Translations under genes and position numbers: made by a program
Notes under the pieces: model-generated
The model's database searches: none
What the model was told of the DNA's origin: nothing
Seen by the model: only the letters and a program-made list of their open reading frames with translations
Shown here: in pieces, positions 26,330 to 38,938 of the stretch
How positions within the stretch are numbered: position 1 is the stretch's first letter
How the letters are laid out: every line of letters starts with the position of its first letter
DNA from: Octopus sinensis
Lineage: Eukaryota
NCBI RefSeq assembly: GCF_006345805.1
Contig: NC_042998.1
Coordinates: 133,982,001-134,046,000, forward strand
Reading direction: 5' to 3'
DNA length: 64,000 nucleotides

Positions 26330-26650
26330 TCTTACATCATATTTCAAAATGAATCCCTTTGCTCTTTAACACATTTTATTTATTTTTGCACAAGCCTCTT
26401 TATTCCTTCCGTAAACAATATTTGTTTAGCTGATAGTTGATCCATGTATGCACCGCTTCTAACTATTTCTAGATAGACTGTAGCCACGAAATGTTTTCTA
26501 AACAGTTTAAGCTTGTGGTGGATTTCAGCTCCTAATATACCTTGTGTCAGTAGATAATAGATCGCCGCCGAACCCTGCTTCACTTTGAAGTGAGTAAACA
26601 GAATGTGAAGTGATCGCGATTAATGTAACAAGACCTTGACTCATGTTTTA
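26330..26650 (-). mobile_element. Internally deleted mariner transposase remnant
   Basis: Minus ORF 26380-26583 joins an N-terminal-like AAIYYLLTQGILGAEIHHKL to a C-terminal-like FTEGIKRLVQK (cf. mariner F..GI.KLV.RW.KC). Confidence 0.5.
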
Positions 26651-27024
26651 TTTTCAAATGTGCACCGTAGTGACAATAAGCACATTGCATTTAAGTGATG
26701 TGCACGCAGAGAGAGAGGGGGGAGAGAAAGAGAGATTGGAAAGCCACAGTAATGCAATGGAGAATAAATTCAACACAACTAAGAGCAAAAAGAAAAATTA
26801 AATTTTCGTCTTAAATTACTTAATAATCTTGAGAATTCAACCTAAAAGATCAAGTAAAGAGAGAGGGAGTAAGGGGTAAGTTCATCAAATATCAGCGTTT
26901 GTGTTTGTGTTGGTTTTTGACCCACGGGTGTGTGGCACGTGAAGATATTTGAGATCGTGGTTCGTGCTGTAATAGGAGCAGATTTTAATGGGTAGACTAA
27001 TCTATGCGCTTGACGGAAATATTG

Positions 27025-27226
27025 TTTTCAAATTTTGGTACTAGGCCAGAAAGTTCGAAGTAGGGGTAAGTCGATTACATCGACCCCAGTGTTTAATTGG
27101 CACTTATTTTATTGACCCCAAAATGCAGATTCAACTCCGGCGGAATTTAAACTCAGAACGTAAAGATGGACGAAATACCGCTAAGCATTTTGCCCGCCAC
27201 GCTAAAGATTCTGCCAACTCGCTGCC
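27025..27226 (-). mobile_element. SINE family A copy
   Basis: Reverse complement of family A head and core. Confidence 0.8.
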
Positions 27227-27227
27227 T

Positions 27228-27520
27228 TTCTTGATGGAAATATTGTCAAGTGTTGGGTTTAGACTGTTAAGCATTGACTTCTTTTTCCGTAAGTCACTAA
27301 CATTTCGAATTATGGCCCTAATGGTAACAGTGATGATCTGCTTGCAGCATTTCTTTAGGTGTTTTTTGACCGATGAGGCATGTCTGTGAAGATGCTCTTC
27401 ATCTGAGGTGTGTAGGTGTCGGGTGGTGCTTCTGATATAGCATTCACTGCATTTAGTGCATTCAAACTTGATAAAGTACACCGAATACAGCATTTGACAT
27501 CGATTTCTTACAAAGCACAA
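27228..27520 (-). mobile_element. Penelope-like element GIY-YIG endonuclease remnant
   Basis: SVYFIKFECTKCSECYIRSTTRHLHTSDEEHL..SSVKKHL...LNPTLD fits the PLE GIY-YIG pattern VY.F.C..C...YIG.T.RHL..R..EH and the terminal L.P.LN. Confidence 0.7.
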
Positions 27521-30500
27521 ATGAAATTACCGAAAAGGAAAAAGTCTACATCATTCAACAATGACTTGCATGTATAACAAAAGCTAAATTGATTCCAGCA
27601 GGATATAAAAATCTCGGTGGGAACTGATTTGTTTCAATGTATCTAATTTGACACTTTGTTATGTCCATCTTCTACTACATCATTTTCCTGATTTGATTAT
27701 AAGAACCTTCCAGCGGTGGTAGATTAAAAGCATCGTAATTGTGATAGATAAATTATCTTGCAGTGCATACCTTTACTTTCTCGCTGAATTTCATTTTGTC
27801 GTTCATCTTTCCGGAGTCGCTAAAAATAAAACCATTTGTGTACTAGGGTCCCTCAAATTGACTATATTCATCCCCCAGATTAAAGGGAATATGCATTTAC
27901 TAGAAATCAATACATTTAGACCTTGATTATTTGAACGAAACGGTCGAAGAATATTTTCTTTGGATAACTGACTGTTCAGCTACCTGATATAATTGTAAAC
28001 AAATGAGCCCATATAGAATATAATTACATACAAAAACATGGTTACAAAATTTTCATCTTATTCAGTCGATAAAATTTGCGATATTCTATACTTTTTCATT
28101 ACGATCCAGATGCTGTAAAATCTAGTTTTTCTGTTTGATTGTTGACGGTGACCGGTCTTTTTGACCGACATGCTAAAGACAGCAAACTTTATTTTCTGTA
28201 ACGGATACAAACTCTGAACAAAATCTTAGATTAAATGAAAACTCCACTGATTTTTCCACCTTAAAATCTTTCAGTATATCCGTCTTTTATGTATTATTTT
28301 AACACTTCAAAGTGATCGAGTGAGATCAAACCAGCGAACCGGTCGGCCTGTGATATTTTCGATAGTAATTGTAAACAAAAGGCGCGATCGCCGTGCCTGC
28401 ATCAATAACATTTCTTTGGTGTTGTAACGTTTTAAAATATTCTAAAGTAATTGGCAATAACTTTTAATCATTGTAAATAAAAGATTAAATAGGTGCATTA
28501 GCATTATTCTCGAATTTGGGTCGTACACAGTATGGGCGACTAAATATACATACACAGGATCTTGTGATAGCTTGGTTCATTTGATGACAGAATCAGTAGA
28601 ACGTGAAACCAAATGTCTCGAGTTATTTAGATGTTTGTCTTTCTTCCGCCTGAAATTGTTGTTTTTGCTGTTGTTGTTTAACCCTAGGTTGGCCATGATG
28701 GCTCCAGCATATGATCAAAACTATTCTGACTGTCCCGTCTCTTATTCAATGAGACGTATTATTTTGTTTCTGTTTCAGAAATCAATTTTATCTCGACCTT
28801 AAAATCGATAGAGATGCAAGAATGACAGCATTAGAATAAATGCTTTGCAGTATTTAGCTATGTCACTTTATGTTCTGAGTTTCGATCCTTCAAACTTAAA
28901 AGAAATAGTTTTTTGCTCCTTTGGGATTAATTAAGTTCCATTCGGGTTCCGGTATCGAAGTAATCTACTCCCGCCATTCCCACAAGAATATAGGGTCGTG
29001 TACCTCTGTTAGAAATTAATGTTTTACACACCATATGCCAATGTAAATTCAATATTTGCTTATATTGGAAGACACACTGTCGGACAACTTTGTGCAGACG
29101 TGCAATGGAATCGTACGGATGACTTTGTACTCATTGATTCTCTCCAACTATAAACACAAGATTATGAGTTCATAATCCTCTGCAGGCGTTACATATTTTA
29201 CATTCATTCTATTTGCCTTGACTATTGAAAATATCTTTCTTTCGAATTTTTCCGTTAAATAATTAATGTTTATTTGCAGTTGTAAATATTTTTATGATTG
29301 TTATAATAAAAACGATGGTAGATGGCCAAATCGATAGAGCGATATCTCTTATGATATTTAATAATGTCTCCTTAAATTCTAAATTCAAATCCCGTCGGAA
29401 TCAAAAATTACTACTTTTGAATATGAGCAGCTTTGTTCCTATGATAGAAATTATTATTGTTGTATAAGGGATTATAAGAAAACGTCATAGATGTAGTAAG
29501 GATTTTGGCTTGCCTTAAACTTTTGGCTTCCGCCCCTTTACGTTCAGATTCTCCATCATTCCACAATCGATATAATTATATTCAAACAAATATTATATAT
29601 TCATTTCCATTTAATCAATTATAACCTTCCCTCTAAATGCCTGGTCCTTGTTTCGAAGAAATCCTTATCGTTACAGTAATGGTGGTGGTAGTGGTGGTGG
29701 TACAGCTACTATTTTTAGTCCTAGCAGTTATTGTTCTTATTGTTTGTCTTATGAATGTAGATGGTGATGATAAGCGTAGTGGCATCGTAATCACAGCAAA
29801 CTGTTGCATATAAGACAGCTCATTTGTCTACCACTAATAATAAAAATAAAAAAATAGCGAAAAACCCGTCAGACTTCAAGTTGAAGTAGGTGCGTAGACA
29901 AGCCTTCTGCCTTTTGCATCGGAATGAAATAATGATGGATATACTTTGCTGCTGATGATTTTTTGTTGTTGTTGTTAAGCAACAAGACGGTTATGGGTGA
30001 TTAGGTGATGTCTAGGGCTTAGGGGCGGGAGACCCCAGACCTTGGAAAAAAATATATTTGGTCGTCTTGTTGTAGTCGAGGGCTCTTCGTTGACGCCTGA
30101 CACCACTGGGAGGTGGCCCTCGAAGTCGCTGGAAATGGAGATGTCCAGGTCCAAATTCTTGAACGGCTGCTGCTGCTGCTGCTGATGATGATGATGATGG
30201 GCAACATTTCACTTCTCATATGATAGCTATATAGATTCACGCATACAAAGATAAATGTATGTTCAGAACACAAATTCTTCAAGATCGGTAATAACACAAC
30301 CTGTAAAATATAGCGGTCAGTATATAATTACTATACCATCAAGTACCTTGCAAATAAGTTTTGGATTCACAATCCTTCAAATTCCAGCCTCAAGAAATAT
30401 AAAGATTTTAAAATATTGCTTCAAGAAAAGCAAGAAAGAAACTTTGAGTCCAGCAAGAAGACTATAATGTTAATAGTACTGTTCTTTTTTTTTTTTTATA

Positions 30501-32111
30501 ACTTTTCAAGCAGTGCTGAAAAAATGTATTGAAATGAATTTTAACAACTATTCATATTGAAAATTATTTTTAAAAAATAAAACGTTAATATTTTCCGTTT
30601 CCTGTTTTGAATTACTACTTGCACTAAGAACAAAATTTATAAATTTCCGTGCTACAGCCATGTTATCATTTCCCTTTTAATGTTTCAATCGAAGCTTTAA
30701 ATAATATTATTCCCAAAATATAATTTCTGAATTAACTAACTTATTCTAATTATCTCATTAATAACGATATTTCTTTAAGTGTGTAGCTGATACATTTGCC
30801 CATTTATCAAGATGAGAGACAAAAGAGCTCATTTGAATTTCCGCACAAACTTAAAGAGCACCTATTTATTTCTTTAATTTCTCTTCTCCTAAATATTTCG
30901 TCTTGATTTCGCTAAATGAAAAAGTGAAATGGCAGAATGGATAATCTAGTTAACTACAATATTAAAGGTAGTGAGTTAATACCCGTTGTACGTATAAAAG
31001 GTATTAAGAACAAATATTTGGTCGGCGGGGAGGGTGAATGTTACCAGCATTAGTTTAGATTTCTATATAGAGAGAAATAAAACTAAGAGTATCAAGTGCT
31101 TGTTTGCCATGTTTTGACTAGAGATAAAGTGTTTCACTGGTAACGGAATACGAAATGTCTGCCTTTCGCTGGGCTTTAGCAACTTGACCAGAACGAAAAT
31201 ATTATTCATATCTACAGCAAAAGCTTTAGAGCAAGAGATATACTCCCAGAAAGTCGAGATTACCATGTAGTTTTAAACCATCTTTTTTTATTAATTAGTC
31301 AGAGAGAAAGAGCAGCGCTCATTACCTTTACCAGACTCTCGGACACTAGTGGGGGGGGGGGGAGAAAGTTAACTTCAGATCAAACACCTGCAACAGACTG
31401 GTTTATTTTAAAATCACCAAAGGTGGTAAAGCTAAATCCGTCAACGTATTAAGTCTTTCACCGAAAGGGCTTCTACTTAGGTTCTGTCCATCTACTTTAT
31501 TTACGATGCGTTGCTCATTCTAAGGTTTTGGTAGAAGATATTATACCAATGTCCATAGTAGAAGATATACCAAATACAAAACTGAGTAGATGCAAAAATA
31601 GCATCTTAACCACATTACTCCTCTATCCTTAGATTTAGTTAGCATTAGTAATATGCTTTTTGAACTTTAAGAAAAAATGTGTGTGTGTGTGTGTGTGTAT
31701 AAGTTCCTAATGAATGCATGCTTGACCTTATATTTAAAGAATTAATAAAAGCCATCACATGCATTTGCAGTTTTAGAGATTTTTTGTGCTAAAATATCAA
31801 GCGAGTCTGTTTCTGTAATCAGTATTGACATTGTTCTCATCCCACTTCTTTAATTATTTTGAATAACAATACAACAATCAAACTACTGACAGTTGAAAAC
31901 TAATGTCTTCATGGGTTACGAAACATTACTTAAACAACAAGAGCCAAATGTTAACATATGCTGACTTTTCTTTGAAACACTAGGCCGATGAGGAAAAGCC
32001 AGTCACGTTGAAACCATCTTTCCACGAAATAGCCACTCCAAATATAAATATTTAAGACATGAGTCGATATATTTTTCTTTCTTCTAGAAGCTGAGAGAAA
32101 CTTATAAAATG

Positions 32112-32176
<65 letters not shown>

Positions 32177-32286
32177 AGACAAAAAAGGAACACTCTCTCG
32201 CAGTGAAGTGAAATTAGATTTTTGGAGTTGAAAATTTCAGTAATAGAAGACATTTAAAAACCACATTTGATTTTTTTTTAATACAT

Positions 32287-32325
<39 letters not shown>

Positions 32326-32328
<3 letters not shown>

Positions 32329-32530
32329 TGATTCGCTAGCTTCTGCACGCATTTTTTTTTCTCTCCTTGTTTCTTCTCCGCGTTTCTGTTCTGTGTATCT
32401 TTCTGTTGAAGAGCGTAGGCTCGAAACGTAAAAGACTTGTTTTATTTATATCCTGAGCGCCATACTAATACAATTGTTGGTTTGTATTCCACCTGCCTTC
32501 GTCTTTTGTTTATTTTCATAAAGCTTCCCG

Positions 32531-32532
<2 letters not shown>
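32326..32532 (+). mobile_element. ~207-nt HHR-bearing mini-element (family D2) inside (TA)n
   Basis: (TA)n on both sides; central HHR-like core; trailer motif cctgagcg..taatac shared with the 38939, 50919 and 61874 copies. Confidence 0.7.
32398..32435 (+). ncRNA. Minimal type I hammerhead-like motif with variant core CUGUUGA
   Basis: UCUUU CUGUUGA A GAGC-GUAG-GCUC GAAA C GUA AAAGA: 5-bp stem I, 4-bp stem II, GUA triplet, palindromic ACGU in place of stem III. A6 is replaced by U. Confidence 0.6.
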
Positions 32533-32585
<53 letters not shown>

Positions 32586-33332
32586 AGCCAATAATTAAAT
32601 ATATATATATACAATATATACAATATATACAATATATAACAATAAACAATATCAAATCTCCGAGCAAGAAGTAATCAGTAGCAGCACGAAATCGTGAAGT
32701 ATATTTGCCAACTAAATGTGGCGATCCCATAGAGGAAAATGCTACTGCTGTTTTTTGCCCCAGGAGAACATCTCCTCTTGCCAGCTAACGACATACAATC
32801 AGTGTCTGATTAGTATTACATTGAAATTAAACTTTTTGAGAATTTTGAAGACAGTAGCCTTAAATAATTGCTTTCTTTTAGTTAAAGTTACATAATTCTA
32901 TCTTATTGATAAGCTGTGCTCTTCATTATAATGTGGTGTGTGTTGTGTGTGTGTATGTATGTATGTATTTATAAGAATATGACTTGTGAGTCAAATTATG
33001 CCCTTACATATAACTTTGACCAGCCTATAGCACAAGTTAAATCATGTTGCAAACCGTTAGCCCACTGCGAAGGGACCAGGATCATGCAATGTGGTTTCCA
33101 TTAAAAACCACTGCAATAGGGAAAAAAATACTCATAATATATTCGCGTGCGCGCGCACACACACACACACACACACATACATAAACATACATATTTATAA
33201 ATATATATACATATAAACAGATAGTACATATACGCACACGCATATGTACATACATTCAAACGCCTACACATATACACATATATGTACATACACAAGTAGT
33301 GACATTATCAGACATGTGTGCATGTGAATTAT

Positions 33333-33365
<33 letters not shown>

Positions 33366-33702
33366 CATATGTACACATACATGCATACACGCACACACAT
33401 TCAAACTATACACAGAAACATGTTTGTTTAGTTGGTTTGAATGAAAGCAATTAGAAGTTGCCATCGAGATCTAAAGACAAAGGAAATACCGACTTCTCAT
33501 GACTCACGCACAAGTCGAGAGATCCTCGCACAAATTCACCAAGTTTCTGCCATCAAAAAGGCGATTAACTGTGACGGTATGCCGCAAGGATTTGAAACCA
33601 CTTCCTGGTTAATGACACCTCCTAATTGTTTTCTGATGTATCGCTTTTACTTTGCGTTAAGCCATTGTTTAATCATTAGGGTAGAAAGCAGAAATCATAA
33701 TA

Positions 33703-33739
<37 letters not shown>

Positions 33740-33835
33740 CGATGATAATGATGATGACGATGATAATGATGATGACGACGACGACGACGACAACGACGAC
33801 GATGATGATGATGATGATGGCAACAACAACAACAA
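33703..33835. repeat. (GAT)n/(GAC)n/(CAA)n compound microsatellite
   Basis: Directly visible. Confidence 0.9.
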
Positions 33836-34077
33836 TAAAAATAATATTGACAAAGGAGAAATATATTTCGGATATAGTTTCGCATATGTTTGTAAGGCGA
33901 TCTGTATCCTTTCTTTTCGCCTTTCCCATTCCCTCCTTCTCACTCTCTCTCCTTCTCTCTCGTTCTCTCTCTCTCTTTTTCTCTCCTTTTCTCTCCTTCT
34001 CTTTCTCTCTCCTTCTCCCCTTCTCTCTCCACATACGCGCAAAATATGTGTATTTTTGTATGTACGTATATACATCA

Positions 34078-34108
<31 letters not shown>

Positions 34109-34699
34109 TATACATATATATGTAGAGAGAGAGAGAGACGTTTATACTTACATATATACATACGTGTGAATGTATATGTATATACATACATATACATACA
34201 CTTATATATACATATATACATACATACGATATTTAACATAAACAAAGGTGCCTCCAGCGGCGCATAGCAGCAAGAGTTCACTAAAATATACTTTATTCTG
34301 CTACATAAATCCTCCAATGCGACCTAATTAGTCGTTATGAAGTAGTTAGTATTATTTCTAAAATCTGTATTTGATTAAGCAATATGGCAGTTAGTTAAAA
34401 TAAATAAACATTTAACCCCATTCACATCAGTCTCTTCTATGAAAACAGAGATTCGGAACTATATATAAAAAATTAGAAAGACTCAACGTAAAATACTCGG
34501 CAGTTTTTCTAATGTACTTCTATGAATTAAGTACATGAACCAAATGTGAATACTTTCTACACGGTCGTCCTATACAGCGTATAGCGTTGTCCAAGAAATA
34601 CTATTCCTGCTTAAAAATTGGACTGCTCTAGACTGGATTTACCCCTGTATATATGCGTGTATATATATGTATGTATATATATATATATATGTATGTATG

Positions 34700-34735
<36 letters not shown>

Positions 34736-34837
34736 TGTATGTATGTATGTATGTATGTATGTATATAATGTAAATATGTATATGTATATATATATGTAGG
34801 TATGTATATGTATATATGTGTGTGTATATATGTGTGT

Positions 34838-34877
<40 letters not shown>

Positions 34878-34879
<2 letters not shown>

Positions 34880-35178
34880 AGGCCGTTGGCCAAGTGGTTA
34901 GAGCAGCGGACTCGCGGTCGAGGGATCGCGGGTTCGGATCTCAGACTGGGCGATGTGTGTGTTTATGAGCGAAACACCTAAGCTCCACGCTGCTCCGGCA
35001 GAAGGTAATGGCGAACTTCTGCTGACTCTTTGGCCACAACTTTCTCTCACTCTTTCCTCCTGCAACTTGCAGCTCACCTGCGACGGACCGGCGTCCCGTC
35101 CAGGTGGGGAACCTATATGCTAAGGAAACCGGGAAACCGACCCTAATGAGCCAGGCATGGCTCGAGAAGGAACAAACA
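34878..35178 (+). mobile_element. SINE with family B head and a different 3' half (B2)
   Basis: Head ggaggccgttggccaagtggttagagcagcggactcgcggtcg..aaacacctaagctccacg matches the 1535-1827 head; tail ..ccgggaaaccgaccctaatgagccaggcatggctcgagaagg is unrelated to the family B tail. Confidence 0.8.
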
Positions 35179-35196
35179 TATATATATATACATCAA

Positions 35197-35510
35197 TCCC
35201 CGAACTGGATGGCATTGCAGAGTACCAAAAGTCCCATACTCTCCATCGGGGCTTGGGAATCAAGGGGCCACAACTTTTGAATGCCCTACCACAGAACATC
35301 AGGGATCTGCAAGGTGTAGACATGGAAGTCTTCAAAAAGCGTGTAAACAGTTTTTTTAATTTTTTATCTGCAATACCGGATGAACCCACATCGCGGCAGG
35401 AGGCACAAAGAAGAGCGGAAACAACCAACTTACTACTTCACCAGAAGCAATACTGGTAACGCGGTGCATCAGCATGGCCTCAACCACTAGCTGAAACCCA
35501 TAAAAGAAAT
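35197..35510 (+). mobile_element. CR1/L2-group LINE 3' end
   Basis: GIKGPQLLNALPQNIRDLQGVDMEVFKKRVN.F..FLSAIPDEP..* followed by the tail gcggtgcatcagcatggcc..gctgaaac. Confidence 0.8.
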
Positions 35511-35552
35511 AAAGGAAATATGTGTATGTGTGTGTGTGTACACACACACACG

Positions 35553-35594
<42 letters not shown>

Positions 35595-35603
35595 ATATTA
35601 TAT

Positions 35604-36290
<687 letters not shown>

Positions 36291-36301
36291 GCCTCTCTCT
36301 C

Positions 36302-36358
<57 letters not shown>

Positions 36359-36369
36359 ACACACACACA

Positions 36370-36419
<50 letters not shown>

Positions 36420-36670
36420 TATATATATATATTATATATATATTATATATATATATATAAAGTTAGTTTGGAGGGATATATTATCCGGGGGAATACCGTG
36501 TTAACTCTCTGTTGAGTTCTAGTTGACGACTAACCACAACGATCACTATCCAGCGTCTGTGTTTACAATTAGCTGCTAATCATTCCGTGAATTCTTCCGA
36601 ATGGTAATTCCGTGCGCTCTACGCTGCACTGTACATACTACCTATTGGAGACAGAAGTAGCTTTTGTAAA

Positions 36671-36905
36671 GGCAATGAGCTGGCAGAAACATTAGCACGC
36701 TGGGCGAAATGCTTAGCGGTATTTCGTCTGCCGTTACGTTCTGAGTTCAAATTCCGCCGAGGTCGACTTTGCCTTTCATCCAGTCGGAGTCGATGAATAA
36801 ATTAAGTACCAGTTACGCACTGGGGTCGATGTAATCGACTTAATCCGTTTGTCTGTCCTTGTTTGTCCCCTCTATGTTTAGCCCCCTGTGGGCAATAAAG
36901 AAATA
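36671..36905 (+). mobile_element. SINE family A, full length, with 18-bp TSD
   Basis: TSD agaagtagcttttgtaaa at 36653-36670 and 36906-36923. Confidence 0.92.
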
Positions 36906-37743
36906 AGAAGTAGCTTTTGTAAATGACAATAATTAGCCCATCCAACATAACTTGGATGTGTTGTTTATAACGCCGTAGACTGCGATAAACGTTCCAAGAA
37001 ATCATCTCGTGTAGACAATAAATGCTAAAAAGCGCAGATTATATTGATTGACAAAATTTCATCAGTGGCGGTGGATGTCACAGTTGCATCACGTGCTTTC
37101 AATATGCATTATTCTTTAACAAGAACAGTATTAATTTTGATTTCGAGGTTTCGGCCAGCTAAACCATCATCAGACTGTCTGATGATGGCTTTCCTTGCAT
37201 GAGTCATCTCCATCATATGAATATGTTGTACAGTGAGATCAGACCTCACGTGGTTGTAACGCGAACATCTGAACCAAGCATTTCTTCCAACAGGTCAGTA
37301 TATAGATGTGGCTGGGGGTACACACATTTCTAACAATATTTCAGCTATGAAAATATGAATGCAATGTTTCTGTGACCAAATTTTCAACCACACAAAATAC
37401 ACCTGCTCATTAGTCCTTACATGCGTGTGCGTGTGCGTGTGTGTGTGCGTGCGTGTGTGCGTGCATGCGTTCGCGTGCGTATGTATGTTTATATATGCTT
37501 ATGAGATCCAGAGATTCTCAGTATAGAAGACACTTAATAGTGCTCAAATGATTCAAATTTAGACTCCAGTGTCTTTACAGGGGATCAACTCCGCAGGGTA
37601 AAGAATGGCTATAAGAGGGATCAAGTTGAGGAAAAATGGAGGCAATTATGCAAATAAACAAATTAAATGTATTAAATATAACAGGCTGTTATATTTAAAA
37701 TATTCAATTTGTTTATCCACATAATTGCCTAAATATGTGTATG

Positions 37744-37819
<76 letters not shown>

Positions 37820-37852
37820 TGTGTGTGTGCGTTTGTGTATGTATATATATAT

Positions 37853-38255
37853 ATACAAAATAAGAAAATGGAGGAATAGATTTCTTTCAATCATCAACTT
37901 CCAGATAATACCAATTCATATAATGTATTAACTAATTATTAAATAAGAACATCCAAATCCAACAGAATAATACAGAATAAAACAATATACATCAATAAGT
38001 AAGATAATACCATAAGGATAATACATATAAAATGTATCTTACAGCTGTTTCGGGCTGAAACAGCTGTAAGATCCATTTTATATGTATTATCCTTATGGTA
38101 TTATCTTACTTATTGATGTATATTGTTTTATTCTGTATTATTCTGTTGGATTTGGATGTTCTTATATAATAATTAGTTAATAAATTATATGAATTGGTAT
38201 TATCTGGAAGTTGATGATTGAAAGAAATCTATTCCTCCATTTTCTTATTTTGTAT
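37853..38255. repeat. Near-perfect palindrome: 199-bp arms, 5-nt spacer
   Basis: 37853-38051 is the reverse complement of 38057-38255 with no indel and about 3 mismatches; centre acagctgtttc-gggct-gaaacagctgt. Confidence 0.95.
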
Positions 38256-38427
38256 TATGAATTTGAGGTAAAACATTTTACCTTCGCCCATATAATACAA
38301 TAAATGAAATAATTGCATTGCAATTCTTAGCATTTATGTATTAGGCTTCTGGGTACTTTACTGGCAGTATATTGGATAAATGATATCCCATAGTGGATTA
38401 CACTCATAACCCCTATCTCACTTTGTA

Positions 38428-38474
<47 letters not shown>

Positions 38475-38561
38475 TTAGAGACAAAACCACTATTTTGCAA
38501 AACAAACAAGGAAAGACTTAATCAATACATAAAATTTTAATAAAAAGTAAAAAAAAAACCG

Positions 38562-38604
38562 CCTCTACAATTGTTTCTTGTCCTGATCGACAATCTTCAG
38601 GTGG
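38562..38604 (-). ncRNA. Type I hammerhead motif, mirror copy with one stem I mismatch
   Basis: Same as 38665-38707, but the 3' strand of stem I reads GAGG instead of GUGG. Confidence 0.65.
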
Positions 38605-38664
38605 ATTTCCAATAAGTCAGTTTCAAATTATGACTTCATAATTTGAAACTGACTTATTGGAAAT

Positions 38665-38707
38665 CCACCTGAAGATTGTCGATCAGGACAAGAAACAATT
38701 GTAGTGG
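38665..38707 (+). ncRNA. Type I hammerhead ribozyme motif, complete core
   Basis: CCAC CUGAAGA UUGUC-gaucag-GACAA GAAA C-aauu-GUA GUGG: stem I CCAC/GUGG, stem II 5 bp, palindromic ACAAUUGU stem III, GUA triplet with predicted cleavage after 38703. Confidence 0.8.
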
Positions 38708-38884
38708 CGGTTTTTTTTTACTTTTTATTAAAATTTTATGTATTGATTAAGTCTTTCCTTGTTTGTTTTGCAAAATAGTGGTTTTGTCTCTAATTAATAT
38801 TATATAATATTTTACTATAAAATTGGATTTAATCCTAAATCTGATTTTTTCCCTGTAAATTTGGATTTATTCCCTAATATTTAT

Positions 38885-38936
<52 letters not shown>

Positions 38937-38938
38937 TT

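Larger units (their letters stand above)
38462..38806. repeat. Near-perfect palindrome: 172/171-bp arms, 2-nt spacer
   Basis: 38462-38633 versus 38636-38806; one substitution and one homopolymer indel found; centre tttcaaattatga-ct-tcataatttgaaa. Confidence 0.95.

Noticed and set aside
33441-34169. 242-aa ORF containing HRDLK and poly-D
   Set aside because: HRDLK is not followed by the kinase xxN and there are no other kinase motifs; the length comes from (GAT)n and (CT)n repeats.
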